Part shown: positions 12,600 through 24,449 of the stretch, piece after piece
Numbering within the stretch: the stretch's first letter is position 1
How the letters are laid out: every line of letters begins with the position of its first letter
DNA from: Ruditapes philippinarum
Taxonomy: Eukaryota
Length of the DNA stretch: 64,000 nucleotides
Assembly: GCF_026571515.1 (NCBI RefSeq)
Contig: NW_026862771.1
Span: 310,001 to 374,000, forward strand
Direction: 5' to 3'
Program-made: the position numbers and the translations under genes
The notes under the pieces: generated by a model
The model's database searches: none
Seen by the model: only the letters and a program-made list of their open reading frames with translations
What the model was told of the DNA's origin: nothing

Positions 12600-14760
12600 A
12601 TTCTATATTCAACATGGTTGGTTTTAATATGAGAGTTAGATAAGGAATTCGAGATCATACAAGTAATGGTTCTTTTATTACAGTAAGGAACATCCAGTTA
12701 GAATTGTAGATCACACGGCGAGGTTTTAATGTTGTATTCTAAGAACTCGAGATAACGTTAGTTAAATAATAAACGTGCTATTAAATTCAATGGGAACACG
12801 AGTAATACACTTCATTAACACTTTCATTTAAGATGATTAAAATTGCGATATTCTGTTTACAGGAGGTCGAACGTATAGCGGTGCGATATTTTGTAAGCGA
12901 AGTGAAATGGTGCGATAAAGAGTGACAAAAATAATGTGGGTAAGAACCAGTTTGCTTCAAATATTTGTTGTATGTTGTAATTTTTGTTCGAATAATATAG
13001 TGCTTACTAGGCGGAAGATATATTTGTACAAGTATATGATGGTCAAAATAAATGAATCTATTTCATTAAAAAGAAAAAAAATATTGAGGTATTTGTTACT
13101 TCAAATGTTACTTGCAATCTGATATACTTATAAACAGAATACAATTACATAAGTCATGAAACAGATATTTGATAAGTAACATCATGTTTACTATAAATTG
13201 TAAATTATAATACACGAAAGGTTTTAACTCCATTTCGCATTTAATTTTATCTACAATATTTCCGTATTTCTTACTGTACGCATGATAACTGGTCCGATAA
13301 ACTAATTGTAATTGTGGTTCATGACCATGCATTTTCATGTGTCTCTAAGCATTGGCAATTAGTTACCAAGCTCGGTTGATAACTGTATGGTCCACACTAA
13401 ACACCTCACCAACCTCACGATGTCGAGGTCACTGCTCCATCATACCAACTGCCCGCCACAATTCTGCTTCTGATAAATGCCTTCTAACATGTGCAGTTGC
13501 CATTATTCAATCTTAAATGTTCAATATTTCAATGGAAAATGAAGAATGAACTGTCTACACGTGTCGGTACGTGTATGCTGTGTCTATTAAAGACTATCAA
13601 AATACAGGGTACACTCTCGATACATTACTTCACGATTTACAATGTAAATATCATAAAATTATATGAAAGGCCGTTCTCCAAACAAATGTTTTTTTTTTTT
13701 TTTTTGGTATCAATCTTTTGTTTAGATAAGAGTTTCTGTGAATCAAGGTTAAAGTAACCTGTAACAATAATATCTATATTAGTATCTTTAGCCAATCCAA
13801 TTGAGTTGTCTATATTTGTTAGAATGTTTGGGGAGGAGTTCGGTGGACGATGAAATGTACCAAGGATATTTTTTTTATTCTTAAGTTTAATTTCAATCCA
13901 AATACATTCTGTATTGGATATTTCTAGATCGAATCTTCTTATAACATTTATACTATCTTTAACGTAAACAAGAATTCCGCCATAATAATCAGTGATTCTG
14001 TCTTTTCTGTGGGGTGATGAATAGTTTTCGAAATGTATAGTTGAAGAGTCAATGTCTGGGCTTAACCATGTTTCAGTAAAAGCTAAGATGTCAATATTGG
14101 ATAGCTCAGAAAGGAGGGTGTCTTTTTTGCTTAGAAATCTCTGGACATTTTAATGAACAATTGTTAAATTATAAGCAAGTGTCACACAAATTTGATGAGT
14201 TTGTAATTGTGGACTCAAACGTGGATGTTGTTGATTTAAATCATATATATTCTCTATACTGCTAAATTTAGAATGTATTGTGACAAACTTGTTATTGCCC
14301 ATAAAACGATTACATTTGAGAATTTCTTTTTATTGCAAAACCTGTTTAATAAGAAAACTTGAAATGTTTGAATAGATATTTGCGTAACAAAAATAAAAGA
14401 ATTAATCAGTGCCAAATGAAATCTTGTAAGTGCACCACTCTCTCTCTCTCTCACATACACATTGTCGATCGATAGTTTTGAAAACTTAAACATCACTTCA
14501 ATAGTTTAAATAAAATGGTATTCACTCTTACATAACGAGTCATCACAAATGTCTTCGAGCAAATTGATTTTATGGTGTAAAGCTTCCGAGAATCTTAGTG
14601 GATTAAAAAGATATATGCGAGAATCTTTATGTAATAAATAAAAAAGGATAAACATGTCATCTTTGATCATACAAGAATTAAAATTCATATTGTAATTTCA
14701 CTAATGGAGGCATAACTAATAACTAAGTTAAAAATAGAGTTTTGAATATCAACAAATGCC
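12600..14760 (-). pseudogene. P2: GRL101-like LGR pseudogene (late LRRs + 7TM), interrupted by a CR1 fragment
   Basis: TM5-like YFFLFNEIDSFILTIIYLYKYIFRLVS (about 13005-13090); TM6-like KLVLTHIIFVTLYRTISL (about 12900-12955); ECL2 LCNCILF; LRR-like text in ORFs 14254-14688. Confidence 0.6.
13710..14200 (-). mobile_element. CR1-clade LINE APE endonuclease fragment
   Basis: NLTIVH*NVQ...IDILAFTETWLSP...HRKDRITDYYGGILVYVK...ECIWIEI...GTFHRPPNS...IVTGYFN. Confidence 0.9.
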
Positions 14761-16569
14761 AATAGTGAAATGGTTTTAAACACTGTTTACTTAATTACAG
14801 TATGTATATAATCAATTAAAAAAGGCATATACAGTAATCATTTCAGGTTAAATGTTTAATTTTGCTTAAGCCGGTGCTAGGGGGTGTGGACAGTAGCTTG
14901 CACTTTCCAGGTCCATCCATGAACAGGCTCAATCAACAATTTTCAATTTTGCGTTTTTCTCTATTTTATTATGTAAAAAAAGACTTAAGTTGGCCAGTAT
15001 TAGTTTATGCTATTATATATCAATAAGTAATCATAATAAGTCGTACAAAATGAATTATGTTTCATGATATATATTTTATCATACCATAAGTACCGAATTT
15101 TAGAAATAAATAACCATCTCCAATGCTTTTTAAAAACAACAAAACAGTAATTATTTGAATTTCATCTTTATTATCACCTTTTTTCTAAATTTTAATCGTG
15201 TCTTTCATTAAAACAGTCAAATTCATTGCTTTCCATCTATTTTATTATTTGCACAGTTCGGCTACTTTCAAAATATACAACTCTAGACATATTCTTTGAT
15301 GAGTTCCCGGTAAAGATTTCATTAGTTAACACTTTGGTCCTTATGTCATACTTAGAAAGAGACCTTAATTTGCGTTGAAGATATAACTGAGATAGCTATA
15401 CAAAAGCATTACTGCAGTATGACTACCCTTCGATGTTCAGGTACATGCTGGGAATAGGATCAGCAGTAGGATCATAATATGTATATATGTACATTATGTA
15501 TCGCTTTAAGAAGTAAACTGAAATGATGAAATAAAAAATATATTGAATGTACATAGTTAAATCGCTAACGCTAATATAGTCCTTCAGAAAGCAAATGACA
15601 TTACTGCCAAACATGTAAGCGCTATTTCATATTTGCATCTGGTCAGTATTGTAAATTTGATTCTGACAGTCCGGTGTCTTAATGAAACATTATTGAGTTA
15701 GACGCTACTTCTCCAGATGTGAAATCTATACCACACAACTAGCTGCATACTTATGTTGAGCAGGCAATTACAGTTGTACCTAACGAACATAAATAACTTA
15801 TATTGACTTATTTAAAGGTGCATCAATGCAATTGTAAGAACTTGTAAATTGTAAAACAGCTGCAGTGGGAAACTTAAGTGTAATTTACTTACAGTTCTTG
15901 TGAAACTATTTACAGGTTAACAGAAGAAGAACCGGTGTTATTTGACAGGTGTTCTAACTTGCTACATATTGGAAGCAAAGTACATATACTGCTTTAAGAC
16001 ATTTCAAAATGAGAGATACTGTATTCTATTAATTCTCAACCGTATTGCAGACCTATCTGTCGCTTCCTGATTTATTCTTTTATTTCGTCTTAATATTACA
16101 AATACCAAGTAAAATACTTTCATGAATCGGACTTTTTCCATAACGTAGGGCGCATAAATATTTTTGTAAATGTTTATATTTGAAATAGCCAGAAATATGC
16201 AAGACGAGTGAAAAAGTCAACATAGAAATACCCGCGTCATTTCCACTTATAAAGATTTATCAACAAAAGCAATACATTTTTCATTGATTTGACCAGTTAC
16301 AGATCATCATCATGCAAATTACATTGACATACATGAATATGTGAAAGTAGAAGTATGGAAATATAAAAGAAAAAACATAAATAAATAAAGATACAAAAGC
16401 TTTGGTTGTTATCGCCCATGAGTGCAATCTCAAAATACCCTCATCTCGCAAGAATGTAAGAACTAATTTACAGTATGTTTGCAATACCGTTACATCTTTT
16501 ACTGAGTTTGACATGATGTCAGATTGGATGGTTGATGAGGAGATGGTTTTACAAATTTAACAGTAGACA

Positions 16570-16790
16570 TTTTATTTTATTCCAATAGGCTTTAAAGCCC
16601 ATGCAGACATAAATCATGCACAATAACGAACAGTGTATGACATAAACATATATACATAATATCAACAATCATGAAAAAAGTTTGGAGAAGATCAATTTTC
16701 ATTGATAAAGTAAATACCAGCCGAAATATTCTTAAGTAGTTACATAACGAACATTTTCATATCAAAATTGATCTTTGAACCACTAAGTTA
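16570..16790 (-). mobile_element. Probable LINE 3' terminal fragment
   Basis: Minus strand ends gggctttaaagcctattggaataaaataaaaat; LLKNISAGIY resembles an RTE-X C-terminus. Confidence 0.35.
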
Positions 16791-16799
16791 TAAATCTCT

Positions 16800-17170
16800 T
16801 GGTAATAGAAAGAGCATCGAAACACGAGGCTATCTGATTTGTACGAGGGGGCGTACCGAGTATTAATCAGATTGCCGAATGTTTTGATGTTCTTTCTCTT
16901 TTGTATCATAGTCAAAGACGTTCCTTGTTGTCACAATAAGAAACCCCGGGAAAAAAGTAACAAATGAACGAGCATCTGAATACGATATTTCTGTCGCTTT
17001 CTCTTCCGTCACAATAAGTAAACCCCAGCAAAAATGAGCCAATCAATGGGCATGCTCTGGAGTGCGGGTAACTAATACCTGCATTCCAGTTAACGCACTG
17101 TGCATGTATATGTATACGATTTAACTCTGACACATTTTCAACAGAAAGGTCCCCAAACTATGATACAATA
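16800..17170. mobile_element. Non-autonomous element with a terminal 90-bp hairpin and an internal inverted repeat
   Basis: Hairpin 16807-16897; ttgtatcatagt (16901) / actatgatacaa (17157); internal direct repeat gtcacaataag..aaaccc. Confidence 0.6.
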
Positions 17171-18837
17171 TATACATATACACATACATACACACATATA
17201 CATGTACATACATACGAGAAACATACATTATATGAGCCATTAATGCTAAATTTGTTGTAAATTAATTGAATTTTAATACATAAACGCAAATGCCATATGT
17301 TTATACACATATCCTAAAAATTGAAAATATTTGTTATTATCGACTGCTTTTCAAACTAACAGATTTCACATCTGTCATAGGAATATCTGTGACATTGATT
17401 TTGCATATTGAAAATTACAGTCTTACAGTCTTTAAGATGAATGTATATTGTACATTTATAAAAATCCTTTCTTTTTCAATCATGTAATCTTGTTATACGA
17501 ATTAAACAGTGTGTTAAATATTACCGATTGCAGAAGGTGGAAAATACAAAGCTGTTAAAGGAAATATTTATCTTGCACAGATATCAGCCTTATCAAATAT
17601 ATAAAGTTCACATAATAGCTCAGACCAGCTTTCAGCAAAGTTGAACCAAACGATGTTATCTAAAATTTTATGTATTTGTTTCATACAAGTATCGTAGTTG
17701 AAAAGGACAAACAGGGTGTCCATCTAATAGTAATAGAAATGACCTCTTTAAAATGACCATTTAAATAATGGTTTTTTAACTGTTGATAATAAAGACATTG
17801 TCAGATCTAATTCTTGTGATTTAATAATCGTTTGTAACATTAAAAATAAATAACAAATTTCTAATAATCCAGTAGATCTTAGAGCTATATTATTACCAAA
17901 TTTCACTTTTGTCAATATTAAACCTAAACAGGTCTTGATAAAAATTGAAACGGTCTTGAGATATAAAAATGCAATATTTGTTATATTAAAATATACAATA
18001 ACACAAAATGATACGTCAAGGCTCGCACCAGGCATGAGGGTAATTGTATTCGATTTTAACTCTCGTCCGTCATATTTTCTTAATTAATCGAAAAGTTTTG
18101 CAAAGGATCTTAAAATTAATTACATTAAATAGTCAATTGAAATCAATAGAATATGTAAAAACTATAGAATGTTGCGTTGGATAGTAAACTTACACTTTAC
18201 AATTTTCAATTGAAATTAATCGAATTCTATCTGGTGCCACCTATTCTGTTAAAGGAAGAATTTAGTTGCAGCCTCATGCAATATTTCAGGCACGGTACGG
18301 GAAGTGTTTTTCACTACAATAATATTTCATTTTCCCTAACAGCACCTCACTTTTTTATTTCTTAGTTTACTCGTGAATTTCGTGCCAATTTCACCATTCT
18401 TTCACTATTCCGGAAGCATAACAATATAAATCAATCTGTTTGTAGAATTTTGATGAATAAATTGACGATGTGAAGAAAAAGTGGAAATCAACCACATACT
18501 GCTTTTAAAAGCGTTTTAATGAAACTATCGATTTTCTTTATTCATTCTACAAATAATTCTCCGAAAACGTGAAATGAGTAGGGCATTTACCAGATTGAGT
18601 TTGATTTATTTCATTCCTTTAAGTAAAGCAAATGTTTTAGTGAAATACTTCAGATAGAAACTATTTAATGGGACATAGAATGTCTTGTCGCAATGTATAC
18701 TCCTTGCAGACCTCAATATAGAGTTGTTATAGTATTCAAAGTAGATATCGTAAAAATGTGATATTTCTAGGAAATCTCCCACCCTTCCAAAAAAAAAAAA
18801 TTAAAACAAAAACAGTTATACTTTTTCAAAATTTAAC

Positions 18838-19085
18838 AGTCCGTGGCCTAAGGGCTTAAGTCGATGGCTTCAAACGACTTGTCTGTCACCGGTTAGAGTT
18901 CAAATTTCGGCTAGGAACGCTGGATTCTTTCAAGTGAGAAAGCTATCCAGGCAGCTTACGGAACGTCGGTGCTTCTACTCCGGTGCTTTTACATTTCTGA
19001 AATAATGCACAGAAAGACACCCAAAGTATTTCAGTAAAGCTTGAAAGTCGCCATATGACGTTTGTGTTGGTATGGCGTAAATTAT
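18838..19085 (+). mobile_element. tRNA-derived SINE (Meta-SINE-like central domain)
   Basis: Box A-like gtggcctaaggg, box B-like gttcaaatttc, core ggattctttcaagtgagaaagctatccag...cggaacgtcggtg; same site in the paralogous blocks; family name from memory. Confidence 0.8.
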
Positions 19086-20019
19086 TAGTCCTAAAACATA
19101 AACATTGAGAGTAGCTTGATCATATATAGATGGCTTCGTGCAAAAAGTGTTCGTATGAGGATAGAAAATAGATGTCTTATGTTCTAATGTAACATTGTAA
19201 GCAGAATTATTTTTGTTGGCATTTTAATTTTTAATAACAAAATCGTATTTACAATAAATATTGTCTTGAAACGTATGTTTTAAATGCTTTTAAAAAAGTA
19301 AAAATCCAATCACACAAAAAATAAATACTAAATTTCATATCTTTTGGGATACAGATATCTCTTCGAAAATGTATTATAAGTGTCCCTTTACTTACTAACT
19401 AAAAACGTGTATATACAATACATTTTATCTTGCTATGTATGTTAATTTGTTCACATGTTTTATTTATGAAATGCTGATGGATCTTATGTGATGTGCAAAA
19501 GTTGAAAATGTTGAATGAAAATATTACAAATGTATCTGGTAGCCTGTACTTAATGGTTAAGTCATCATGTTATATGTTGTTTTCGGCCAAAATTGTCTCT
19601 TATGTTTTCTTTTTGCATGTTTCTTTTTAGTTTTATCTTTATTGATTTGACTTGAACTGTTTTATGGTCAGAACATGTTTTGAACTTGAAAACTCTTTAA
19701 GCAAATAGATAAGTATATAAGAACCATTGCAAATGACGCATGAAATCAAGCTGTAATAAAGTAAACGATACAACGATTTGATTAAATAAAAATACTGTCT
19801 TCTTACTAAAAGTAGCCGTTTAGAGCCGTTGTTAGCTTAAATATTTTAGAAGTGATAATTTATTAGTAACATTAAGTTATATTTATGTATGATACTAATA
19901 TTTTGTCTTTCATCTATATATTCATAATATTAGACATTTGCGGCTTATAATTAGGAACGGGGATTGAGGATCGGGGACAAGTTATAAAAATGGATAATCT
20001 CAAAACAATTTAACATTTT

Positions 20020-20145
20020 CTTATAAACGCGGTTTCTAAGTACCGGATAACACCAGCATTGTCAACAATAATATGTGTATGTATTGCGTGATATCGTCTT
20101 TGTCCTGAATAATATTATTCCTGTGGTTCTACTCCATCTACTCTA
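20020..20145 (-). mobile_element. PIF/Harbinger (DDE_Tnp_4-type) transposase fragment
   Basis: VEPQE*YYSGQRRYHAIHTHIIVDNAGVIRYLETAF. Confidence 0.65.
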
Positions 20146-20759
20146 GCCCTGACCGCCATATGTACACTCATCTCTGTAATAAGTACATCTTCTCAGTAAA
20201 CTTAGTTTCAATAACATGAAATAAAGCCCAGATCCCGTCTTTCACTGATACACTTATACCTTTTTCAAATAATGTTGATATCATAAAAGTCGGATAAGAT
20301 CGTTGCCAAAACAAATTCCAGAACCATAGTATTCAGTGCCTTTTGGGATGTTTTATTTAAAAAATAATATAATTGTTCGGGTATCTCATAACGTAACTTG
20401 AAGAACTTCTATCTATGTGTACATTTGATGCATTTCTGCCACTCAGTGAGAATTGTGGTGGGATTATAAGCAAGCAAAAATCCTACCAAAATAAATGATC
20501 CAGATATTAAGTAAGCATGGTGAAGAAAGACAATGAAACTACATAAGTACATAAGTATTTACATCATAAACCAGTTACCCTAAATCTGCGTCAAATTCTT
20601 AATATATTTAGACATCGTGTAAACAAATGGCTTTCAAACCCTGGGTAATTTGCAAAAAAATCATCATTGTCTATCTTACTGATGCATTATGCTGTAGCAT
20701 TATGCCGATGTATTTTTAATATTCCATATATAATGTATATCCTCCATAATGCTTTAAGG

Positions 20760-20900
20760 AGACCGTCTTCTTCGACCGACGTAGGTTATTATTTCAAGCC
20801 ACGTGATACCAAAGACATGAAAAATGGTACTGACAGCTCTTGTCATGGCGTTCAGCATTACACTAGTAGTGGATAATGTTTAATATATCGAAGACAAGCA
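20760..20900 (+). mobile_element. V-SINE-like fragment
   Basis: gtgataccaaagacatgaaaaatggtactgacagctcttgtcatggcgttcagcatt resembles the V-domain of bivalve SINEs (recalled, not searched). Confidence 0.5.
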
Positions 20901-22482
20901 ATAGCCTACCTCTGTTTCATATGGTAAATAAGATCGTGCACTGGTAAGAGAACCTGTTCAGACCCTACAATAGACGGACTATCAGTATATGACGGAAAAA
21001 ATGAAATATCTGGAAGAAGTGATCCCTCATGCAATTAAAAACAGGAAAAGAAATCATGAAAATTGCTGGATTCAATTATTCCCGAGTACCAGAAAATTAT
21101 AGCAACACTGAAGTGAAGAACGGGGCACCTTTTTTACTGCTGCTATACGGCACTTGACACCTGCTATTTTGATGTATAAATATCGCGTTAAACTCAGAAA
21201 TATTAACTCACTCCATTTCAATTTCACTTTTCAATATTTTCAAATTATTGCCAGCGCTTTAGGTCGTACAGCGTCTTCAAATACGTCTTTTGTGTTAAGG
21301 ATTTCGTTCCGAAAATAAAAACAGTTAGGTGCAGTTCCTATGGTAAGGACTGGGCATCTAAAAATCTGGAAACAAATTGATGCCTCGGAAGCATTAATCA
21401 CAACAAAATTACAAGAGAATTGCAGGAGTCTGTACTTGAGGGATAATGTAAAGTGCAACTTCTAAGGGCAAACCAACGGCAAGCTTAAGCCGCTAACATG
21501 CAGCAGTTATTGCTAGGTCAAGCTCCGATAAATCTTAACAGATGTATAAATGAGGGCCAACATGTATAACTGACCAGCAGCTTTGCTCCCGCCTAGTCCC
21601 GAGACAAATCGAACCTGGTCCAGTCCCACGTAAAATGCACAACCGAGACCGTTGTCAAGACGTCAAGATGTCCTTGCTCAAGCTGTCAAACGTTTTGTCA
21701 TCATCAAAATGTCTAATAGTGAGTAAGTAGCACAAAACACGGGTTTATAACACTCAAACGTCTTTCTTTGTAACTGCAGTTATGTCACTGATTTTCATTA
21801 AAGATAAAGATTTCATAACAACACCAATTACAAAAGCATAAATTCAATTTACAAGATAATTATATATTTTTATTACGTGAATTGTTTTATAATGTTTATT
21901 TTTGTGTTTGAATTTTTATGTTTGTATAATTTTTATCCTTATATGTATTTATAATCTCCTAAAATTATAATTGATAAATTAATTAGTGAAAATGAAAATG
22001 TTTTTATATCTAACTTTACATGAGAGACATTGGCAAATTCATGGACTTTTTCCCTAGTTCTGTTTCTAAATTGCAATGAAACTTATATATGTACGTATTA
22101 ACTGAAATAAAAATTTGTTTTAACTAAAGCTTTTAGAAATATGCTGTTAATACTTTATTTGTCTAAACTTCATTTTGAATTCCGCTTAAGCCGGTGCTAG
22201 TGGCGTGGTGGGTAGCTTGCACTTTCCAGTACCGTCCATAAAACGCCCACTTAAATTGATTTATAGAATTAGTTAAACAAAATACTGCTTGTTATTTTTT
22301 CATAAATTAATAATTATAATAATTCATACAGAAGTAAATGATCACATGAAACTTTGAAGCTAAAATATCTAAATAGAAGGATAGTTTAGGTAAATGCTTC
22401 CAGGTACTTTTTTGATGAATTTATAAAATACAAGTATCTAATCAAATTTTTATTTGAATTGGTAGCCTTCCAAATAGTGCTA

Positions 22483-23763
22483 AAAATATGATAAACAAGA
22501 TCGACAAGGAAAGGCGGCATTCAATGAACGCAGCCCCCACCCGACCCAGCAACAAGCGCCAGCGGCAAGGAGCCCAGGAGGACCCCAAAGAAAAACAGGA
22601 CAGGGCACAAGGCAGAGTACGGGCAGGTAAACCACTACATCATAATACATAATAAGTAACTTATAAGGAACTAAAACAAAACAAATAAATGATTTAATAT
22701 AAGGCCCATAATGTCAAAAGGCACAGGGGAAGGGGACATGAGACACGGGGAAGGGGGGGGGAATAAAATAAATAAAAACTAGGGACAAAGGGAAGATACT
22801 TACCGTAGACGAGAAACAACAAGAGACACGAGCAGAAGTGTCACCAAAACAGTATAAAACAACATAGACATACATCTAAGGAACACAGAGGGGCGCCGCC
22901 TTGGAACGGTCAGCAGCATAATAATGACTACTGGGGAGTTTAAACCGGTTAATGGTGCACCAAACCTCGCTCTTAGCCCCACCATGTTCCTATAAACGAG
23001 ACAGTGTAAATATGAATCCCCGCCAAGTGAAATTCTAACAGTTGTTATGGTTACAAAAGGTTAAATAAGTAAAACACCAAAATGATCATGTAGAAACATA
23101 TAAAAGTAAACCCAATGACCATAACAAAAGTACTCGATGTCTTAAAGGAAGACAGAGCAACAAGAAAATCACCTACAAGGGTCCGACGAAGCAAGACAGA
23201 AGACAAACATTAAAGGCAATTCAGTCCCAAAAGGGCTTTAAGAACTGTCTACATAGAGTCTCCCACTTGGCCCGTCAGATGTATTCAAAAGAGGAAAGCG
23301 TAGTGTCCAACTGTAAATGGGTTGAACACTAAGCATGCGGTATGTCTTAAAATAGTAGGGTCATAACCCCTTTTAATAAAACGTTTTATAATTTTAGTAA
23401 ACACAACAGAAAAATTACAATGACCCAAGATCTTACGTAGTTTGTAAACAACATCACCGTAAAAATCAGGCTGGCTAATCCCTTGTCGCAGAAGTGTTTT
23501 TAGATCACTATTGAATTTTGAAATTAAATCAAAGTTACGATTGTAAAATTTTGTAAAATATTTACGTAATTTATAATAGCGGTAGCCCTGTTTTAGAAGC
23601 TTACCGGTAATGAAAATATTTCGTTCGTTAAAATCCTTTACGTTGCTACAAGCTCTAGCAAATCTAATTAACTGAGATATATAAACCCCGTAAGATGTTG
23701 CGTGCGGTACGTCTCCATCCAAATGAGGATAATTTACTATACTAAAATCAAAGTCATCTCTTT
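22483..23763 (-). mobile_element. Penelope-like element (Naiad-type, RT at the C-terminus), 5'-truncated: RT thumb + about 800-bp 3' region
   Basis: ERDDFDFSIVNYPHLDGDVPHATSYGVYISQLIRFARACS...KLLKQGY; no GIY-YIG after the RT; empty site aaatagtgctaatcc in the paralog at about 34460. Confidence 0.85.
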
Positions 23764-24449
23764 CTAATCCCTGAATATTGAATATGCCATATATGGTAAA
23801 TAGAAATGTTGTATAACGTTTGCTTATGTCATAAAGCAAGATTGTTAAAGAAGAGTTTATCAAAGGATTCCAAAAATAATATCAAACGTTGATAAATTAT
23901 TCAGTTTCAAAGTGCTTGTATAAGGTGATTAAATGATAGACTTTAGTGCTTCTGGTTTGTCAAACTATTTTAGCACTGAATATGTTAAACGCACAGCTTT
24001 AAGTTTAGATCTACAAGTGATATAATAAATTGTCATTGATATTCCCTAATTTCCTTGACTTATAGGATGAGATTTCGTCATATATATGAGATTTCGTCAT
24101 ACATGTCTTTGTTTATTTGTAGGAATCTGGGTATGTATTTCAATTTCGAGTTAAGGTTTCTGTGCACCAGTGATATTCTAAATGCATTGAATATTGCGAT
24201 GTTAGATAAATAAGATTATTTCACTAATGTTCAATGTTATATATTATTATCTCGTTATGTGGTCTCAAGACACTAGTAATATGTAATGGCCACAACATGA
24301 TAAGCTGTGGCCACAAGATAAATTATGCTGCACCACTATGTCACCTCTATGCCACCGTATATTTGTCTATACTTTTAGTGTTTTTCTTAAACTAGATTTA
24401 ATAAAAGTAATGTAAATTTATATGTATATAAAATGCAAGAACATTTGTA

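Larger units (their letters stand above)
15100..19727 (-). pseudogene. P3: GRL101-like LGR pseudogene, type 1, the most complete copy
   Basis: ATG at 19727 with signal-like MVLIYLSICL; LRRs ELDLTMSLLSTVKKPLFK, SYNKIT*LKKKGF, RLRINRIQYLS, LFYNLQVLTI; hinge SQYKLFMFVRYNCNC...ASC; TM2 SNVICFLKDYISVSDLTMYIQYIFYFIISVYFLKRYIMY; many stops, part of the 7TM deleted. Confidence 0.7.
20150..24250 (-). pseudogene. P4: GRL101-like LGR pseudogene, type 2, fragmented by SINE, family X and Penelope insertions
   Basis: LRR-like HIQYSGISTIWKATNSNKNLIRYLYF (read across the PLE insertion) and STWKHLPKLSFYLDI; hinge VLCYLL...FDSLSKDILTS (about 21660-21740); TM5-7-like SFIVFLHHAYLISGSFILVGFLLAY, VLEFVLATILSDF, GISVSVKDGIWALFHV. 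Confidence 0.55.

Noticed and set aside
18249-18622. Kolobok-type MITE (ttaa-aggaag...ttcct-ttaa)
   Set aside because: The left TTAA is absent in both paralogs, and homology to 47200-47560 runs across the supposed right end, so it is part of the receptor relic
18838-18915. tRNA gene (also 32636 and 39468)
   Set aside because: Only degenerate A/B boxes followed by a SINE body; no clean cloverleaf
15100-19727. Toll-like receptor pseudogenes
   Set aside because: LRRs are followed by several hydrophobic helices with LGR-type motifs; no TIR boxes recognised
23764-23863. N-terminus of ORF 23285-23863 as part of the Penelope protein
   Set aside because: These codons are flanking DNA shared with 34465-34560; the ORF is a chance fusion at the insertion junction
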